Part shown: positions 62,978 to 64,000 of the stretch, one piece after another
Position numbering within the stretch: position 1 is the first letter of the stretch
Layout of the letters: every line of letters begins with the position of its first letter
Assembly (NCBI GenBank): GCA_963575745.1
Contig: CAUYUJ010000281.1
Coordinates: forward strand, 124,001-188,000
Reading direction: 5' to 3'
DNA length: 64,000 nt
Source of the DNA: Prorocentrum cordatum
Taxonomy: Eukaryota
Program-made: the position numbers and the translations under genes
Notes under the pieces: model-generated
Told to the model about the DNA's origin: nothing
Seen by the model: the letters and a program-made list of their open reading frames with translations, nothing else
The model's database searches: none

Positions 62978-63344
62978 CTCAGGAGGACGACGAGCACCAC
63001 CACGACAACGAGGACGACGACGACAACGAGGGCGACGGCGACGGCAGCGTTGATGTTAACGACAGCGACGGCGTCGATGCCTACGATGCCCGTGACGAAG
63101 ACGAAGACAAGGACGACGGCAATTGGGCCGGCGACGCCCGTGACGACTCGGACGATGACGGCGAACATGACGACGACGACCACGACGACGAAGGCGGCGA
63201 CAGCGGCGGCGGCGGCGACATCGGCGGCCTCGGCATCGACGACGACGACGACGACGATGACAATGACGACGACGACGATGACGACGACGACGACGACGAC
63301 GACGGCGACGGCGACGACGATGACGGCATCGACGGCGCCGATGC

Positions 63345-63438
63345 CTCCTCGAAATCCCCGGACATGCCCATGCTCAGCTCCAGCGTGCCAGGCTGGACGC
63401 CGAGCTCACGCGACACCGCCTCCCGCGCCCGCGCCAGC
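63345..63438 (-). CDS. PLPBP: Pyridoxal phosphate homeostasis protein, penultimate exon LARAREAVSRELGVQPGTLELSMGMSGDFEE
   Basis: LSMGMSGD signature; CAG acceptor, GC donor; 367-bp intron to the last exon. Confidence 0.9.
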
Positions 63439-63816
63439 CTGCCGCGCGAGTCGGGGTCCCGATGGACGGCCAAGGGCCGCCGAGGGCCGCTGGGGGCCGT
63501 CGACCCTCAGATCCGACGCCACAGGCACATTACTGCACCACATCGCCAAACGAACTCGACCGGAGCCCCGGACCCCATCTCTCGGTCGCGCGCCTCTCAA
63601 GCTGGCTCGGTCCGAACAACACGCCCCAGCGAAACGACGCAAGGCAAACCCGGCCCTTCAGAGAAAAAAAAAAGCAGAGCAGCGCCAGGACCTCAGGCCA
63701 AGGCCAGCCTGCCGATCGCGCCGCGGCCGCCCTGCGCCTCGCGCCCGCCTGCCGAGCGCGCCGCGGGCCGCAGGAGGCCGCCGCGGGCCGCCGCCGAGGG
63801 CCGCCGGGAGCCGCCG

Positions 63817-63995
63817 AGGAGGGGGAGGAGGAGGAGGAGGAGGAGGAGGAGGAGGAGGAGGAGGAGGAGGAGGAGGAGGAGGAGGAGGAGGAGGAGGAGG
63901 AGGAGGAGGAGGAGGGGGAGGAGGAGGAGGAGGAGGAGGAGGAGGAGGAGGAGGAGGAGGAGGAGGAGGAGGAGGAGGAGGAGGAGGAGGAGGAG
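63817..63995. repeat. (GGA)n microsatellite, representative of dozens across the window
   Basis: Seen directly. Confidence 0.97.
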
Positions 63996-64000
63996 ACCAG

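Noticed and set aside
1..64000. Many long poly-E/R/G/P/L/S/M/D ORFs in the ORF track
   Set aside because: They are translations of (GGA)n, (GAT)n and (GA)n microsatellites and of stop-poor GC-rich repeats
1..64000. rRNA, tRNA or an intact spliced-leader RNA gene
   Set aside because: None recognised by eye; no exact CCGTAGCCATTTTGGCTCAAG seen on either strand

Overview
Eukaryotic, GC-rich, extremely repeat-dense DNA that looks like a dinoflagellate nuclear genome (Prorocentrum-like). Evidence: micro-exons with GC-AG and GA-AG introns, relics of the dinoflagellate spliced leader, and abundant (GGA)n/(GAT)n microsatellites. Most entries in the ORF track are microsatellite artefacts. Main contents: (1) a full-length, frameshifted 8.86-kb non-LTR retrotransposon (48491-57347, +, perfect 11-bp TSD) with a RanBP2-ZnF ORF1 and an RNase H - AP endonuclease - RT - C2H2 - cytosine-5 DNA methyltransferase ORF2, plus a spliced-leader-like 5' end; (2) a minus-strand host gene rebuilt from 8 micro-exons over ~45 kb (62197-17397), encoding an HD-like protein, with no GT donor; (3) the last two exons of a PLPBP/YggS gene; (4) an intronless DUF3431-like coding block split by a 1-kb insertion; (5) a 5'-truncated RTE-like LINE; (6) short retroposed inserts carrying spliced-leader relics; (7) many MITE families with TSDs, some with empty-site paralogues in the window, and several satellites. 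All calls come from reading the sequence by eye; no database searches were run.
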